Below, piece after piece: positions 62,065 to 64,000 of a stretch of DNA of 64,000 nt. Positions within the stretch are counted from its first letter, which is position 1, and every line of letters begins with the position of its first letter. A model generated the notes under the pieces. It searched no databases, was not told the origin of the DNA, and worked only from the letters and a program-made list of their open reading frames with translations. The translations under genes and the position numbers were made by a program. The DNA is from Amoebophrya sp. A120 (taxonomy: Eukaryota; Protista; Dinoflagellata): positions 1,108,722-1,172,721 of the forward strand of contig CAJINV010000017.1 of NCBI GenBank assembly GCA_905178155.1. Direction: 5' to 3'.

Positions 62065-62800
62065 CGATTGTTGTTGACAACATCCTATTTTTCGGAATCG
62101 GACCCAGATCTTCGTCTTCCTTCCATGAAGATTCTTTCAATCTACTTCCTCTACGGAGATGGACATTGCAAACCGTAGAACGGCCACCTCCCTTTGGATT
62201 TGCAAAATCTAAGAGCGCCATCGAAGTGAGCCCTTTGTTGTCTCCGCAAGGACCGAAGTGTCAACATCGTGAGAAAGTTGTGTTTTCCGTGTCTACTTTG
62301 TCTATCGGTACCGGTGTGCAACGTTCAAGAGTCATGCAGAAGTCGAAACAAACTATTCGGTCGCAAAGTAAGCACTTAAACAGCATGAAGACGACGCTCT
62401 GGTGGAGGTCCTTCTACTCGGTCTTTTGTAGATAGAAGCACTCTAGTATGTACCTTTGTCCTCCTCGGTCGTGGCTTGGTATTCTCCACCTCGGTTGCTT
62501 TCGGTCGATGATATCAACCTTTCCCGTAAAGATGTAGAGTCGGTCGTTCTTTATGTTAACATGTATTCTCGTTCTCTTGATAGCAAAAGCAATATCCGAC
62601 CACACGCACGAACAGGATCCGGAAGGAAGTAAACCCTTTAAAGTTTGTCAACCGCTGCAAACGGCAAGAAGAAAAAGTAACACTGTAAGCCTGAGAGGCA
62701 GAACAACTTACTACATCAACTATCTTGTTGTAACGAACAGCAAAAGTAGGACGAGCTGCAGTTCCCACTGAAGACAAAAAAGGCTGAACAAAAAAAAGGT

Positions 62801-63633
62801 ATGTCGGGTGGACACGGTGCAGCCCCGGCAGCGCCGGCAAAGCCGAAGAAGACCATTGCGGGTTTGTCCAAAAAGGTTCCGTACAATGTCGCCCGCTGGC
62901 TTAAACCGGACCTGGTTTCAGGTACAGTGCTATGAAGTCTAACCGGTGAAGATGCTCGTGCATGTAAGATTGAAACATCATTTGTACTTTTCTTTTTCAT
63001 GATGCCTGATTAATTATCGTAATCTTGATTATCGTAATCGATTTCATCACCCTGATCAACCCTTTATCACATTACAGCGGAGCCAAACGTGGCGGAGACT
63101 CCGTTCTTGCAAAAGGCCGGAAAGCGGCCGAAAATCGTTATCAAAACGCATATGGAGCGCGTCTATGTGCCGTAAGCGGACATGAAATCGAAGCGCACCG
63201 GAGAAGAGCGCTTCATGCTCGGAGCAGTGCGTCACACTTTGATACGTCGCAGTGCTGTTCAGCATTCATGATATTTTTCATATATCTACTTCATGCTCCG
63301 GCTTTCTGTAACACTACCACCAAGTTGGATAAATTTTGCCGTTCGTTGTATCCCAATTCATTCACTCTTCGCATTTCTTGCCGACGCAGGACGTCGGGCC
63401 CAACTTCCAATAAACGTACATTCATAGACGAGTGATCTTTTGTTAAGTAGTACTTTTGACATGCTCGTCTCAGTGTCACCAAGCTGAAGGCAAATCGACT
63501 ACGTATTAAGAGTAACAACAGCGAACATGCAGGTGCTAAAGCTAATCTTACAAGCCACCGAAAAAAATATCATAGTGGAGCAGGGGCGGCGGCGGGTCCG
63601 ACGATCATAAGATGCAAACCTGGACGTGGATGA
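62801..63633 (+). CDS. Small basic protein of unknown function, probably 4 exons
   Basis: MSGGHGAAPAAPAKPKK...; exons join in frame across three GT-AG introns (starting ~62922, ~63172, ~63416). Confidence 0.45.
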
Positions 63634-64000
63634 AGTGTTCCTCGCAAGAACGACGGAAAGATCAAGAGCAGTCACTTCTTAATCTTATCGAGTTTCACTT
63701 TCATCTCCCACCAGAAACGCAGCTACATCGCGTCTCTCTATTTTCGTCGTTTTCTCGTTTGACGACTTTCGGTGTGGCGTAACAAACAAACTCATATGTC
63801 GTTCCTCGGTAACCAAATGAAGTGACAGATGCTACACGGAATAGCCCTCGGTTGGAACAGGCAGCACAGGAATTGCATCGGTTATTCGTAAAAAAAGAGC
63901 AAGAGCAGCGTCTTCGGATTCGGTATGGAAATCGCATGAAGAGCACCGTGCTGGGACAGCAAGCGGTCCCTATTTATCGGTTTTCGACTCTAACTTCTAC

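Overview
Eukaryotic, gene-dense DNA, most likely from a syndinian dinoflagellate of the Amoebophrya type. This is inferred from mostly co-oriented genes and many non-GT-AG introns built as a 5-bp direct repeat plus TAT...ATA inverted repeats (introner elements). One ~36.5-kb gene on + (4703-41229) dominates the window. My hand-spliced model has ~35-40 exons and roughly 4,500 aa: signal peptide, PAN/Apple and cadherin-like beta-sandwich modules, multipass membrane region and C-terminal MORN repeats. One of its introner introns (15492-29644) contains a 13.85-kb DNA transposon (15722-29569) with ~80-bp TIRs and a target-site duplication. On the - strand it carries a divergent hAT-type DDE transposase, at least two large orphan cargo genes with their own introns, and, at its right end, a tandem hairpin-rich repeat with Pol III A/B-box-like motifs plus a perfect 22-bp hairpin. 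A subterminal repeat array lies at its left end. Flanking host genes include a mitochondrial carrier-like protein, an FtsH-like AAA ATPase without a visible protease domain, a class I methyltransferase, a divergent adenylate kinase-like gene, CCDC124 and several unknown or membrane proteins. All gene models were spliced by eye and no searches were run.
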